Shown: positions 25,976 through 39,164, numbered from the whole stretch's first letter. The stretch: 62,611 nt of DNA, filler included, from Rhabdomonas costata (GCA_019059605.1; 22 parts of 22 records of this genome joined end to end with filler, not necessarily neighbours in it), one strand, 5' to 3'. Made by a program: numbers and translations. Notes: generated by a model not told the origin, from the sequence alone.

Positions 25976-28528
25976 TGTGCATGATGCTTAAACATGGAAC
26001 TGCATGATACCGTGTTCTTCGTTGTCAAAAATATCAATATTACCGTTTCCGATTGAAACATCTACCTCAAAATTATTGTACACGAGACCCCTGTCTTTCG
26101 CACCAGCCTACTAATTCAATACCATGAACGAATCATGTACTCTCTTGGTTTTTTCAAGAAAACGACGGCAAATATGACGCCTAAAGCAGTCCACATAAAC
26201 CTGTACCGCCTCCGCAGCCATGAAAATGACGAATAAAACACTTGGAATTATTTGTATTACACGTCAATGCCATGCACCACAAAAGACAATGGCGCTCGTT
26301 TGACTCTAATAGATCAAACCGTGACATTTGAAGAGGCCAAAGACAATGCTTTGCCTCCGCAATCATCAATTGACCTCAATGGATCTCAATTGTGTCAGTA
26401 ACAAGTCTGGTTTCATTAAACAGTTACTACCGATACACGAAGTGGAATGCTACCGCCAACACCCACTCATCGTTTTAACCAACAGACGTGCAATTTTGCT
26501 TTCCCACTCATCTTATGACAAATGAAAAAGCACTTTGCCACATCAGTTAACATTCCGGATTGTTTTGCCATATTTTTAGCCAGAAGGGAATTTCATGTTA
26601 TCCACCACAATTTTCCATGCAATCTGTAGAAATTTCTCCATTGTTACAGAATTTGACATTTTAGCGTCTGCGGAACACAATCAGCTTCCATCCTATTTTA
26701 AAGAGATAAACCGGCATGTGGGAAGTATTTTAATAGCCACTGGTTTTGATAAAGTCTGTCAAGTCCACGCCAGATTGCTTCTATTGACGTAGTATTGGCG
26801 GAAAACACTGGACGCAATCACAGTCAAGCGTCAAGCCTGAAATAAACACATGTAAGTAGCCACGCCATGCTGCCTTAGACAACCACACAGTTGGAACACT
26901 CTTTTATCTCTTGTAGACGGTGCGTTGCCTTAGAGATTTTGATTTTTTTCATTTTTTATTTTTTAATGCAAGCATAGCAACCTACCAACCCAACGACTTC
27001 ACCGGCAAGCAGCTGCGTAACTCATGTTACACATCCTTTTCTTCTCATGCTCAACTAACTGTTTTCTTTTTCCATCTGTTTTACAACGCTAGCCAGTTTG
27101 ACAATCAACGACCTCCTTTGTCTTTATTCATTCCTTAAAACTCTATCGCACCACGGACATATCTGTTGTGTTTAAGGTGCTTACAAGTTTTGATGCAGAC
27201 CATTGCCACCACCACCTACGTTTACTACAAAACGAAAGCACAATATTTCCAAGTATACAACGCACTAAATAAAGTTTTCTTCTTGCTACCAAGAAGATTC
27301 TCTGCCATTTTGTGCTGGAGTATTACCACATGTAGTGATTCGTGCACAGCAGACACAGAGCATGGCAATTCAGCCGATCAATTGATATAGTTCATAAAAG
27401 CATACCCAGGTATGCACAGAGGCTAGTACTGATAAATTTTTGTATTTCCAGTATCGTAAAAGCTGGTGAAATCTCCGTTTGACGGCTTCAAAAAAGGAAA
27501 CGCCACCCCGTGTACCTTTACATGCCACACCCAAACAACATGCAGACCTGCACTTGGTGATATGCACCGGTACCGATCAGAAGACTAGTATAAATGTTTA
27601 CCTTTGAATAGTGTCATTCGTTTAGAAATGCCACATACACCTTCCAACCAGTGACGCCACACACACTCAGTGTGCTTCCTTGTTCATGAACATTGTGAAT
27701 TTTTCAGGCACACCACACAACTGCTGCAACACCAATCAGCGCATGTACTTTTATTTGCTTGTATTTTTGTTTGTCTGTTTGCTTTTTGTACCATCCAGAG
27801 TGCGGAAAATAACCTAATATGCCGCCAAGAATCGGCTTCTGCGCGCAGAGGCCGGAAGTACCCCCGCCATACAGTAAACCATTGGCGCCTGGACAGCCCT
27901 CCTAATGCCAATGGTGCACAAAAAGACCAGACCACTTACATGCACACAAGTTCACACGGCAGTTAACAACTTACGTTAGTCGCACTTACCTTTTTCCGAT
28001 TCTCATTCACCACCAGTGGATGCTGTTTTAACGGTCCTTCTAATGTCAGATGCCGATTCACCCCACATCGCCAATCTTTACCGCTTATCGAAAGCACATA
28101 CTTTAACTACATTTCCACCTAACAAATTGCATTTTTGAACAAATGGCATTTCTGGACATTCCACCTTGACCATTGCTACGGCCTTTTCTCTGCACAATAC
28201 AACTTGTATTTTGTGCTTTTACCATGCTTTGGTTTCCTTTGGTACCTCTTTGCACCCGCGGACCTTTTTGTCACTTGACCCCACCTGCTCGTGTTGGAAT
28301 TTGCTATCTCTCTAGACCAAAACCACGGGAATATAATTTGAAACCATTTTGACAGACCAAACCCCCATTCCGGGCATTCCGGCAAAAACATTTCCCAGTT
28401 TTTTGAGAGACGTTCGCCTTCTCCAAACNNNNNNNNNNNNNNNNNNNNNNNNNNNNNNNNNNNNNNNNNNNNTTAATTAATTAANNNNNNNNNNNNNNNN
28501 NNNNNNNNNNNNNNNNNNNNNNNNNNNN

Positions 28529-28648
28529 TCAGCGTTTTTCATAATGGAATTTAACAACCACCATACCACACATGTTTTAACGTTTGCTAGCAAACGTTAA
28601 AACATGTGTGGTATGGTGGTTGTTAAATTCCATTATGAAAAACGCTGA
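28529..28648. repeat. Perfect 120-bp palindrome at contig start (probable artefact)
   Basis: Arms 28529-28588 and 28589-28648 are exact reverse complements, centred on GCTAGC. Confidence 0.88.
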
Positions 28649-29115
28649 CAAATACGGCTTTGACTTATGCCCTGCGATGGAAAATGAGGTTTCCATATGT
28701 GAGTGGTCTGTATTTTTGTTCAACGCGTGGAGTTTTGCACCAATTTTGGTCTATCCTCTGATGCTTGGGAGCGTTGTGCAAATGGTGGCAAGGCAATATT
28801 CCTCTTTATCCCGCTCGAGTGACCGGCGGGGTGACTGCGATGAGGTGGGCGGAGTGGTACCGGGCCCACTCCCGTTAAAGATCTTTCTCAGAATGAATTG
28901 AAATGGTTAACTCCAGTGCATCCACGAGCATGGTGGGGTGGACGGTGAGGGGCTAGGGAATGTCGGAACCTTGGAAGTGCGGTTTTGTATAGGAAGACGG
29001 ATGTATCCGATTTTCATGACTGAAGGAATCGGAACAATGAGAAAAAAGAAAAAAGAGGGCGACACTCCAATTTCCCCAAGGTATCAGTAACCACGGGTCA
29101 ATGCGTTTTGCTCAG

Positions 29116-30423
29116 GGATGTGGAGAAAAAGCACCTGTATGATGGGCGTGCCACCTATCGGGCATCTTCGGCACAACCGGCCCATTCCTGTTTGTTGCGT
29201 CGCCCTCTCAGTCTCCCATCGCTGGTGTGCAAGTACAAGTACGAACTGCTGGTGATCATCCTGTTTGTTGCCCTGGCCACCACCAACCATCGGGCTTCGA
29301 TTGTCTTTCTGGTCATGGAGGTGCTCTTCGACCTCAGCCTCGTGCTCGCACTGCTGTTCAAGACCCCCCGCTTCCGGCACTTCGGGCTTGCCTTCAGCTG
29401 CTTCCTCCTCAACCGATTCATCTCGCTCGCGATGCCCACGGCGGTTCTGGTGTACGCGATAGTTTGGAAGGAGTTTGGCACGGAGCCCTGGGTGACGTAC
29501 ACTGTGGTGGTCGTGGACTATGTCGTCACCGTGTTCGGGTTCTTCGTGTTTTTCGAGTACTTCATGCCTGTGCGGGTGAGGGCTGCGACGGAGCAGGACC
29601 TGGAGGGGCTGCGGGAGATCGAGCGGGTGGCCTTCCCAGAGGAGGACCAGCAGGCCTCCGAGGAGAGCATCTTGAAGCGGATCCGCACCGCGCCGGGCAC
29701 GGTGCTGATCGCGGAGCTGTTCTCTGGGGAGGCCGTGGGGTCGCTGTACCTGCGGCCCGTGAACCTGGCGGAGACGGAGGCCCATCCGCCCTCGTGGGAG
29801 GCCGTGGCCAACGGCTCGGACTTCACGTACCAGCCCGGGCACCACGACGCGCTGTACGCTGTGGGGCTGCAGGGCAAGCCCGCGTCGTGCAAGGGGGTGT
29901 CGACGTTCCTGCTGAGCGAGGCGATGGCGTGTCTGCTGCGGATGAAGCTGAAGGCCATGCTTGGTGGGCTGCGAGTGCCGCAGTACCACTCACACCCCGA
30001 GATGCCTTTGCAGGAATGAAACAGCCTCCCTCCCCCCATTTTTCGGCTCCTGGTTTTGTTCTTTTCACCGTCGTTTTATGTCTTCTTTGTTTGTTTCCTT
30101 ATGCTTATTGAAGTTTTGGTTGTATGAGGACGTAGGTGTCTGTGGGCAGAGATGATTTGCTTGGAATGCTCATTCAGGAGTACGTGCACTCTGGCCAGGA
30201 GCGGCTTCTGGGTGCGGTTTTGCAATCCCTGCCGCAGTGCACCCGGCCCACTGTGGTGTGCGGGGTGGAGGGATACTGGCCCACCGACAAGGACAGCCTG
30301 GGGTGCGCCGCGCTGGTGGCCTTCCACAACCCGATCCATGGGTGGCCCCAGGTGCTGCAGCACATGGTGGCCAGCTCCGTGGTTCGCGTGGCGCAATGCG
30401 CCAAGTACCTAAGCAAAGCCTAA
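29116..30423 (+). CDS. Membrane protein with TLC-like transmembrane region fused to a GNAT acetyltransferase domain; 5' partial
   Basis: Four hydrophobic segments (..VFLVMEVLFDLSL..FSCFLLNRFISLAMP..) precede GNAT motifs VRVRAATEQDLEGLREIERVAFPEE..ASEESILKRI. After an intron (30014-30177) it reads EYV..LL....VEGYWPTDKDSLGCAALVAFHNP. A possible in-frame GC-AG intron lies at 29146-29211. The 3' end (stop at 30423 or a further GT donor) is uncertain. Confidence 0.75.
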
Positions 30424-33049
30424 AATCGGGGCCCCTCGCACTGCGAGTCCGCATGCCATTTTCCGTGTTCTGCTTCGCGGTCTGTTTGGTGGGACTTACA
30501 TTTTGTGAGTGCTCAGCATGGATGACGCTCATGCCCCTCCGGAAATGGGTGTGTCAAGTGCTCTCTCCGCTCTTCATTGCTTCCAGCGGGGTCGGTATCC
30601 CCAAAGAGCTCTTGCAATTTGTGAGCGCTCCGGGGGGAAGACCACACCCGCCGTACTTCTTTCTGGTTTTTTGTGTGGGCGCTGTGTTTGCCCTTGTACC
30701 ATACTGAACAACCGCCGAGCACGTTTCCAACACAAGAGTGTAGGCATTTTTTGACGGACGTTTTTGTTCATGGCTTGGGTTGCAATTGTACTATTGCATC
30801 CTTCCAGAACTTGAATGGTCACCTGCTGCTGTGAGATGCGCGTTGCCCAATATCCTGCCCCATCCCTGCTGGATAATACCCAATAATACCCACATTTACA
30901 TACTCATACCCTCCACACTCTTCACAGGCTTTAATTTTCTGCGTACTTGCCTTCTGGTGAGTGCTGCAAGCGTTGGCGTGTGCCCCATCCGTGTTCTGCT
31001 ATCCCGAGGGGCTTGTACATTTCCTTATCGCGTACCTTTTCCACTCAGTACGCGAAAACACCCGCGAACATTCGCATGCTTGAAAAGAGGGCTTCGGGTC
31101 TTGTGTCGCAGGCCTGGTTGTATTTTAGCAACTTTTCTTTTGAAGAATGGTATTCGGCGCTGTTGTAATACACGTTGGCATATGACCTGCTATCACGCCA
31201 CTCAGTCAGAAATATCCCATTACTCCGCAAATCTGGATGAAGTATCCCTTCTTTGTGTACGCTTGAGATGCCGCGCACTTNNNNNNNNNNNNNNNNNNNN
31301 NNNNNNNNNNNNNNNNNNNNNNNNTTAATTAATTAANNNNNNNNNNNNNNNNNNNNNNNNNNNNNNNNNNNNNNNNNNNNTTTGTTGGCTTAGTCACTTC
31401 AATGTTCCATTGTATGGAGGAAGTTCTGTGTAAAACATTTTATGGTAATCAAAAATGATGTATTAGAGCAAAAAGTACGTTTCTGCAAGATGGGAAGTGT
31501 TCCCCACTTCCATTTTTAAAGCATTTGCTTGATTGTTGCGTTTATCCGCTGGAAGAAGTCGTCAATGTGTTTCCGAAAGTTCTGACATTGATATATTAAG
31601 AGTCGCAATCATAAATAATTGACATTATGAGTAAGTGGTACCTCAGCACATTCTCGAGAAAATGTTCTGCAATATCAACAGCTGAAGATCAACTCCGATT
31701 GTGATGGAATCTTTGCTGCTCAAAAAGTAACTGTAAGTGATCGACATGTCGAATTTATGTAGTAGGTGCAACAGTCGAATCTTACTATCGTCTTTGCAAT
31801 CGTGTGCAGATAACTTATCAATTGCATTTAATAGCTTTAAAGATTTTTTAATGCTTGCTTGTTTAGCTCTAGACTTTAGACGACCAAATATCATTCGTTT
31901 GAAAGATTATTGCTCACTTCAAGAGTACCGAGCAACTGTGTACAAGATAAACGGGTTGTTGGTACTTGGAAAGACAAGGACAACTTATAAAATGTGATGC
32001 GTCTTCAGATTGTGATGTGATTAAGATGTGTATTCGAATCATCAAAGGCTCCATTTTTCGAGAGAATAATGGTCCGTGTGGTTGCTATTGTTGCAAATTT
32101 AGTAATTGGTATGTGGTAAAAACAATACATTACGATAAACCTCAAACTTTATTGACATTTTAAGATAGTCTAAGATCAAGCGCATTTTATATGTTTGTTG
32201 TGTACCACGCTTCACGTTTAGGTGTTTATTTGAGATGCTTTCGCTTTATGACATTCTGGATATAGTTGGAAGTGATAAGAAACGAGAACATCCGAGACGT
32301 CCACTTCAGTAATTCTCGTGAGTGATATTTTGTTATTCTTCTTAGATGGTGTTAGGGAGATACACAAAGAAAGAAATGCAATGTGCAACTCGATTTTCGA
32401 TTAAGAATGGAACAAGTTTTGTAAACTACATTCTGTAGTCGTCACATGACTTGGAGGATGAGTTCCTGGTGTTATTTGAGTGTGTACTATAAAAACTGAC
32501 TTCCGCGTATAATTTTGGTGAAGTAGGTCACTTTGAAAAACGCAAAATACATCTTTTTTGTTGGGACGTTTACAGTGCATTTGCCATACAAAATGACATC
32601 ACTTTCTACTCAAAGTAACCAAATTATGTTTGCAAAGACGTTTTTTGATAATCTGATAAAACCATCACTATAGGTGCAAATTCAAAACGTACCTTGTCTT
32701 CGACAGTATCAGGAGTGTCAAAGACAGTGTAGTATATCAACACATGTCACTATTTTTTGTAAAGCAAGAGTACACTTGCTCCAAATTATCTTGGTGAAAA
32801 TCGGATTCTTAAAGCTTCCAAAAACTCATCAGGCTGTTTCCAAACTTCGTAACTTGGTAGATTTTTGACATCTGGTAGATTCGGTTATCTTGATGCTTTG
32901 ATGCAGGTTACGTTTCAGTTTTATAGTTTGTAGACCTGGAGTGAAGCCCACGTGTGAGTTTCTCATGAAACACATAGTGAAACTCCTTTATCAGTCTAGT
33001 TACACTTTCTAGTACCGGTACCGTTGCTACCGGATTTACACAGCAAGTG

Positions 33050-33960
33050 TGGTCAGTTGAGTCCTCTGGGATTCGTTTCCACCACTACTGAACGCCTTGC
33101 GTTCCTCCAGGTTACATAACATATCATCATTTTTATACTCGGTAATCTTGACATCACAAACTCTTCTGTATCCGAGAAATTAACAGAAAAAAGTGTGGTG
33201 AAAAGATGGTGGCCGCTGCACCACTTGTACTCGTACCATACGTGCAAAATCAGTGACGCTGTCTACGCCACAAAACGCTTTAATCAACTCCTACTACTTG
33301 CGGATTATATCATTCTACATCAGAGTGTCATTAAAGTGCTGGAGGATCAGCACTGTGCCTCGTTAAAACGTTGTGGTGGATTTGAGACTGATCTTGTGAC
33401 GTCGATGAACAGGAACTTGCACTATTTGAAATTCCAGATGTTTAATTTTATACAAATCCGTTTCTGGTGTTGAAATCAAGTCTTAAAAACTCTTTAGCCT
33501 TATTCACAACGTCCTACAAGGTCACAGGATCAAAGACGTTGTTATCGGCGAAATTTTTTGCCATCTCCTCTGGTACCGCCAATCAATCTTCTATCACCAA
33601 TTCATCATGAAGTGTTCGTATATAGCATACGCCCATTTTTTAATGGCGTAGTAGCGGTTGGCGTTGCCTTTCCAGAACCACATGCAGTACTCCTAAATAG
33701 CCTTGTGCAGGCTCATGAAGACGTCTTTCATGTAGGCGTCCAGCCTGAACTTTAGGCCATGCTGAACCATGGTCATTAGATCAGTCCAAAGCAGAATTCT
33801 TGTGTAAACATTGCACACGTGGCCTCCTGGTTCGAGTGCTCTTGGTCTTTGCTCCATCCTTTCGTGTAGTGCGTCGTCTACTTTCTGCTATTTATCCTCC
33901 TTAACATAGTTACACATCAGCGACTGAATATGAGACTGAAACGTGTGTACGATCATAATT
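33050..33960 (-). pseudogene. Decayed intronless ORF, possibly an SF3 primase-helicase of a Polinton/PLV-like or other DNA virus
   Basis: A frame of ~120 codons (33960-33600) is broken only by two TAG. Frameshifted pieces follow: VFDP, KLNIWNF, LILQHFNDTLM*ND, ELIKAF, YGTSTSG (Walker A-like relic) and MLCNLEE (Walker B-like), in the order expected for D5/DUF5906-type helicases. Confidence 0.4.
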
Positions 33961-34123
33961 GCTGCTGCAGCCTCAGACTCAGTGTGCATTCTGTACACGT
34001 GCGGGTCTCAAAGCGCGTGAGTGGTCAGCGTGTAAACGGATTGGTTGCTCAGGAATTTTAATCGTACACACGTTTCAGTCTCATATTCAGTCGCTGATGT
34101 GTAACTATGTTAAGGAGGATAAA
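33891..34123. repeat. Contig-end fold-back inverted repeat
   Basis: Arms 33891-33953 and 34061-34123 are exact reverse complements at the contig edge. Confidence 0.85.
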
Positions 34124-34606
34124 CACCACANNNNNNNNNNNNNNNNNNNNNNNNNNNNNNNNNNNNNNNNNNNNTTAATTAATTAANNNNNNNNNNNNNN
34201 NNNNNNNNNNNNNNNNNNNNNNNNNNNNNNGTTTGTGAGGAAGTTGGGCAGCAAAGGGGTGACCTTAATTTGAAGAGACAGGTCTTGTGTGTTGACCGGG
34301 GACAAACCGAATGCGAATGACACTCTTTGCTGTTGCTCTTATGTGCAGGTTTGTTTTGCTAAAGAAGTCCCACTCCCTTTGTTGCTTCTTGCCGTGTGTG
34401 TTTGAAGAAATATGAAAATAATCACACACTTCAAAAGGTGGCACCCCATTTGTGCGAACGTGGGCATACGGAAAATACTGTAAAATGCAGAAAAGCAGAA
34501 TCACATGCAACTCTACCGACAGTTCTTGCAGCTTCTACCCACTCGGGTGGCAAGAAAGACATCTAAACATGGGATAGAACGGGAAGGGGGGAAGTCATGA
34601 ACGTAC

Positions 34607-36635
34607 CGTAAACCGGGCCTCCCTCTCCCTCAGCTGCGGCGTGGCCACGGCAGCCATGACAGCCCGCACCACGTTGCCTAGCTTGTCGTGGAAACCAAAG
34701 GCATACACCTCCAGACCCCGACGCATGGGCCGAAGGCTGTAGTGGTACCCCGCCACCACCGCGGGATAAAGCTCGGGCTCCAGAAGATCCCGCACAATCT
34801 CCACGAAGAGCTTGGAACGCGTCCACACACATACACACACACACTGCTTTGTGTGGGTGGATTGACATCCTTTCGCGGAGTTGACCTGGAGGATGTTTTG
34901 TTTTTATCTGATGGTTCAGCGTGTTCTACCGCACACACCACACACTCACACAGGGTGAGTATGTGGCGATGAGGCATTTTCCTTGGGAAAGCGTTCAATT
35001 ACTGCCGTTTTTTTGTGGTGGTCGCTCTTTCGTCTCACCCGAAACAAAATACAAAAGGGGACATCTTTAGTGGAACGGTTTCAGTCCTCGGTCCACACAC
35101 AAGAATTGTACAAGACACCCCCTCCCCCCTGCCAGCTAGTCCCGCATCTAGGCCCCTCGACCTTCTCGATCTTCTTCAGGGTTCCACTTTCAATGACAGT
35201 AAACCTGATAACACACCAAAAGCGAGAAATTTGTCGATAACGTTCCGAACTGGGCTTTTTCGGCCTGCATTTATGCCGCTGGACTTCGGTAGCGTACACA
35301 ATCACTTCATGAATGCGCGAGACTGTAAATTCTACATTGGGAGCGAGTAAATAGGTGGTGCATGGCCTTAATCCTCCACCTTGGCGCGCGGAGAGTGGCC
35401 TTTTGTTGCTTTCTGGGAACCCTCCGCGCTGGTACTTCTGATGTCCGTCTTCGGCCCCCCACCCGAGTGGAAATGGTCACAGGCAACAGGCTCACCATCA
35501 TAAACACGCACGAATGGAAGCTCAACGCTTACTCACAGATCCAGTTTCGCATTTCAGTGCAAAGCGAACTTTACCCAGAATCACGCCAATGTGTTTGCGG
35601 AGGAACCCGCCCCCACCCCATCCCCAAGGGAGCAACCTGAGCCTGGGCATAGTTGGTGACGGAGGCGTATGTCAGCGGTGAAAAGAGGTAGCACTGCACG
35701 CACAGCTTGGGCACCAGGAAGGCCGTGTCCTGTGCGCGTCCATCACAAAGTGACCACCAAAGGAAGGAATATTATACGCGGTACCCCCCAAAAGAGCGAG
35801 AACCACGAAGACCCTGATTTTGTTCCGCCAAACAAAGAGAGCGCACAGAAAAAATAACGTCATGCCTGCTTCACCCAAAGACGATGTCCTTGAAGGCTTT
35901 CGTGAAGGACTTCAGAGGGATCCGTAAAAGCCTGCAAAGCGGGTGAAAAGACCAAAACCATTCCACACCGCTTTCAAATAGGACCAAAAAAGCTCTGTAC
36001 CAAAACATCCTTATTATTATTAAGCAAAAGCGCACGAGAAGTGGTGGCGGTAAACCTGTGTCGGGGCGGGGACTAGTTCCGTGGTTGACGGCAGGAAGGG
36101 GTTCCGAGGGTGCAGGAACAGCTCGGGATATGTCCTTGGCTGTCGCCACCTAAGCCGCAAGGACCACAGATGGGCTACTTCTGTGCTCCTGCCCTCCTTG
36201 TTTCCTTTTCTTTCATTTCTGTGGTGGAACCGAACAAGATGCAGCAAAGAAGACGCTGCAGGGGGGAAGCAAGGACATCCATTTCGAAGAGAATCGAGTG
36301 CGGCGTCACCAAAGAAGAGGGTCATGGGGTAACAGGAAGGATTGTATCTAGAGCAAACGGTGCCTGACCAAGACCAAGAACACTCAACCATTGAGTAGGT
36401 CACCCCGGGCTCGCTTGCGTTTGAGCTCACGAGGAACAAACCTCTGCAGCCACTCTTCCGGGATAGGCTGCTCCGCGTACGAGGTGCCGTACCAGGGCTC
36501 GGTGTGGGGAAGCTCCTCGGGCTGAAAGTCCCGGCAAACTAGGTACGCCCTGAGGTTGTCAGGGTTGAGGCTTTTGCCAACCTGGACGAGTTTGTCAGGG
36601 TCGCTGTCGAAGGTCAAGACAGGCGCGGACAGGAC
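34607..36635 (-). CDS. Insulinase-family (M16A) metallopeptidase, IDE/nardilysin-like; 5 internal exons
   Basis: Exons 36635-36442, 36149-36056, 35931-35866, 35729-35637 and 34810-34607 are phase-consistent. Translation: LNPDNLR..TEPWYGTSY..IPEEWL..LFLHPRNPFLP..RLWVKQDTAFLVPK..FSPLTY..LFVEIVRDLLEPELYPAVVAGYHYSL..GLEV..FGFHDKL. Intron 35865-35730 is GC-AG. Confidence 0.9.
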
Positions 36636-37415
36636 CTGTCCGAAGAGGGAGTCAGAAGACGCACAGACGCACAGAGAAAAGAGCGAAACATCGATACCAA
36701 GGACGGGGCTTCTTGCCCTGCGATGTGCCCCTGACAAACAATGCTGAAGCTACCTGTCACCGGAAGCCTGCGGTCCGGCAAAAATAACAGCAAAGCAAAT
36801 CATCGAATATAGCGAAGAAATATGTCAAATTATAGAAATCACTCAAGGACAAGACGAAGCACGCCCGGGGTTTTCTTATATCAATGGAACTTCCCAAGCA
36901 TGCGTGGCGGTAATGATGATGCCCACCAAAATCAAACGGTTCCCACGAAATCACAGGAAGAGATACGTGAAAACAAAACCNNNNNNNNNNNNNNNNNNNN
37001 NNNNNNNNNNNNNNNNNNNNNNNNTTAATTAATTAANNNNNNNNNNNNNNNNNNNNNNNNNNNNNNNNNNNNNNNNNNNNGTTGGGGGGTTGATGAGGCA
37101 AACCTCAGGTATATCTCATTCCTCTCCACCCCAAAACCACATACTAAACCACTTCATAAGCATTACCCTATTTTACCTCGTTTTCCGACAGCAGGTGCCC
37201 TTGAGTTCGCTCAGGGCATGCATGAAAACATCATCAGAAAGCTGATAAGCCCCCTCCCCCGACTACAACGTCGGAGGAAAGCGGCAGAAGCCTACACTGG
37301 AAAACTTAGACTACACATCGAGATAGACATGCAACTGTAAATAACCAAGCACGCACGAAAAAAATCCACGTACACACCCATCAAGCACACGATGACCAAC
37401 AACACAGGGGCATAC

Positions 37416-39164
37416 CAGTGTGGTAGATGTAATGGGAGCAGTACGCGACAATCCCGAAAAGCACCAGCTTACGGCAGATCAACCACACCACGGACATCAC
37501 CACAATGCCGAAGGTCAGGAACCTCTGCGCGAACAGGTGCCGGGGCTTCCCAGTTACGGGGTCCACCGCATATTTCTGGATCATCCGACCGATGTACAGC
37601 GCAAAGTCGGAGAAATCCTGAGAAAGAAAAACGTTCCAAAGAGATGTCCTCACTGCTCACAAAGTCAGAAAGCAGAACATTACATCATTACATCCCAAGG
37701 GGGAGCCGTGGGTCCCCACGCTGCGGGGGGTCTAATTAATTACTCAACTCCAAAACAGTCTCAGGTCAGGATTTGAGATGACAACTACTGACGGTGCGGT
37801 GCATGGGCAATGGACCAAAAACAGTTCGCAATCCTAAATTTCGCAAAGGAAGCAGCGCAGACGGAGAGGTAAGAAGAGACTCGAGCTGAGGAAGGTGGAA
37901 CGCGGGAGGCTCGCCAGAGTAAGGACAAAAATGGATGAGCAGGCCCACCAAACCCCAATACGCAAGCTGCACTTCAGCGTTGAGAGAAGCTGGTTAAAAG
38001 ATGAAAATGCTCATATAAAAATGCTCACGTGGTTTAGGAGGGGGGCATCACTGGTAACCCCCCCCCCTCAACTTTTGATTGGGCCAGAGAGAAGAGTCAG
38101 TGGAGCTAATCTCGACCTGCTCGAGCATCACCATCAGCCCAATGCGGTGCAGGTGGGCTACCAAGGCACCGTAAATCAGGATCATTGAGAGGAAGTGGTG
38201 GGCGATCATCAGCAGCACGTCCTTCCGGTTAGCATCATACAGGAGGATTTCAGCGAGGCCGTGGATGTACCACGCCAGTTGAGCAAAGAAGAAGAAGTGG
38301 ACCGGGCCCAGGTTGGGGTCCTGACAGCTGAAATTTAGCAGGAGGTTGAGGAACATCACCAAAGGTTGTGGGGAGCACATCGAAAGGAAAGACGGAATTA
38401 AAACTTTTCAGCGTTTCCTACTAGTGCCCCCGCCCCCGCCAACAGTCAAAATGTCTAAATTCCCGCGGCTCCATATCAATCTTTAAACAGGAGCGATCTA
38501 CCGCCATCTAGTTCTGGGCACCAAGTACAGTGGTTCAGCGCCCCGGTCATTTTCTTAGCAGCGACGAGAAGAGGGCAAGAGGGTCACAAAAAACACTTCA
38601 GCAACGCCACAGTGGTTGAGCTGGAATTATGCTTTACGCTGCAGGAGGGCTAAGGAAGCGTGGTCCACAAAGAAGTCCCGATGATGCAACGGACCGCAGG
38701 TGCGTCGGGATACGTGGAATACGTCCGATTCAGTCCGTTTATCATGTCCTCCCGCCTTTTCCACCACTTCCGGGGGGTTGGGCAGTGGGTCATAATTTCC
38801 AGGATGCCGACAATGCTTCCCTCAACAGCTTTTCCGTCTGCAAGGAAGTGCACACAACCGCATACCCATCCCGGACTAAGAGGCTCAGGCTGAACCCCGC
38901 GGGGGAGTAATACATGATGACCGCACCCCACACGGAGGTGAGCAGGTAGTAGAGGCCGTGCCAGATGTACTTCGAAACTTTTTCCACCGCCTCCTCCTGA
39001 CGGGGGTCGGGCAGGATCGCCCGGGCTCGTTGCTGGAAGGAGCTCCACAGAGCGCTGCGGATGACCCAGATCACCACGGTCAGCAGGCTCACTGTCGTCC
39101 AATTGATGGTGGGCACGGGAACCCCCGCACACTCAACGTAGTGGTCGGGATAAATTGCGCCCAT
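37416..39164 (-). CDS. Ceramide synthase (LAG1/CerS, TLC domain), first 4 exons
   Basis: Exons 39164-38866, 38755-38695, 38320-38117 and 37617-37416 (alternative donor at 37473), all GT-AG. The Lag1p motif is present: RKDVLLMIAHHFLSMILI...GLMVMLEQDFSD. Confidence 0.88.

Noticed and set aside
28529-28648. Terminal palindromes (also 14276-14435, 16924-17019, 33891-34123, 48218-48366, about 56820-56919) as hairpin telomeres or transposon ends
   Set aside because: Each is unique, sits at a contig edge, and one copies part of a coding exon. This is typical of template switching during amplification.
29084-30039. Long antisense and alternative-frame ORFs (301, 294 and 173 aa)
   Set aside because: They are shadows of the GC3-rich GNAT exon and show no independent motifs.
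33050-33960. Alternative genetic code (TAG read as an amino acid)
   Set aside because: TGA stops and frameshifts are also needed to follow the frame, and host genes end in TAA, TAG and TGA. Decay explains it better.
37590-38140. EQD in place of HD in the ceramide synthase Lag1p motif as loss of activity
   Set aside because: The HH pair and both Asp residues of D.SD are kept, and the residue before the first Asp varies among known family members.
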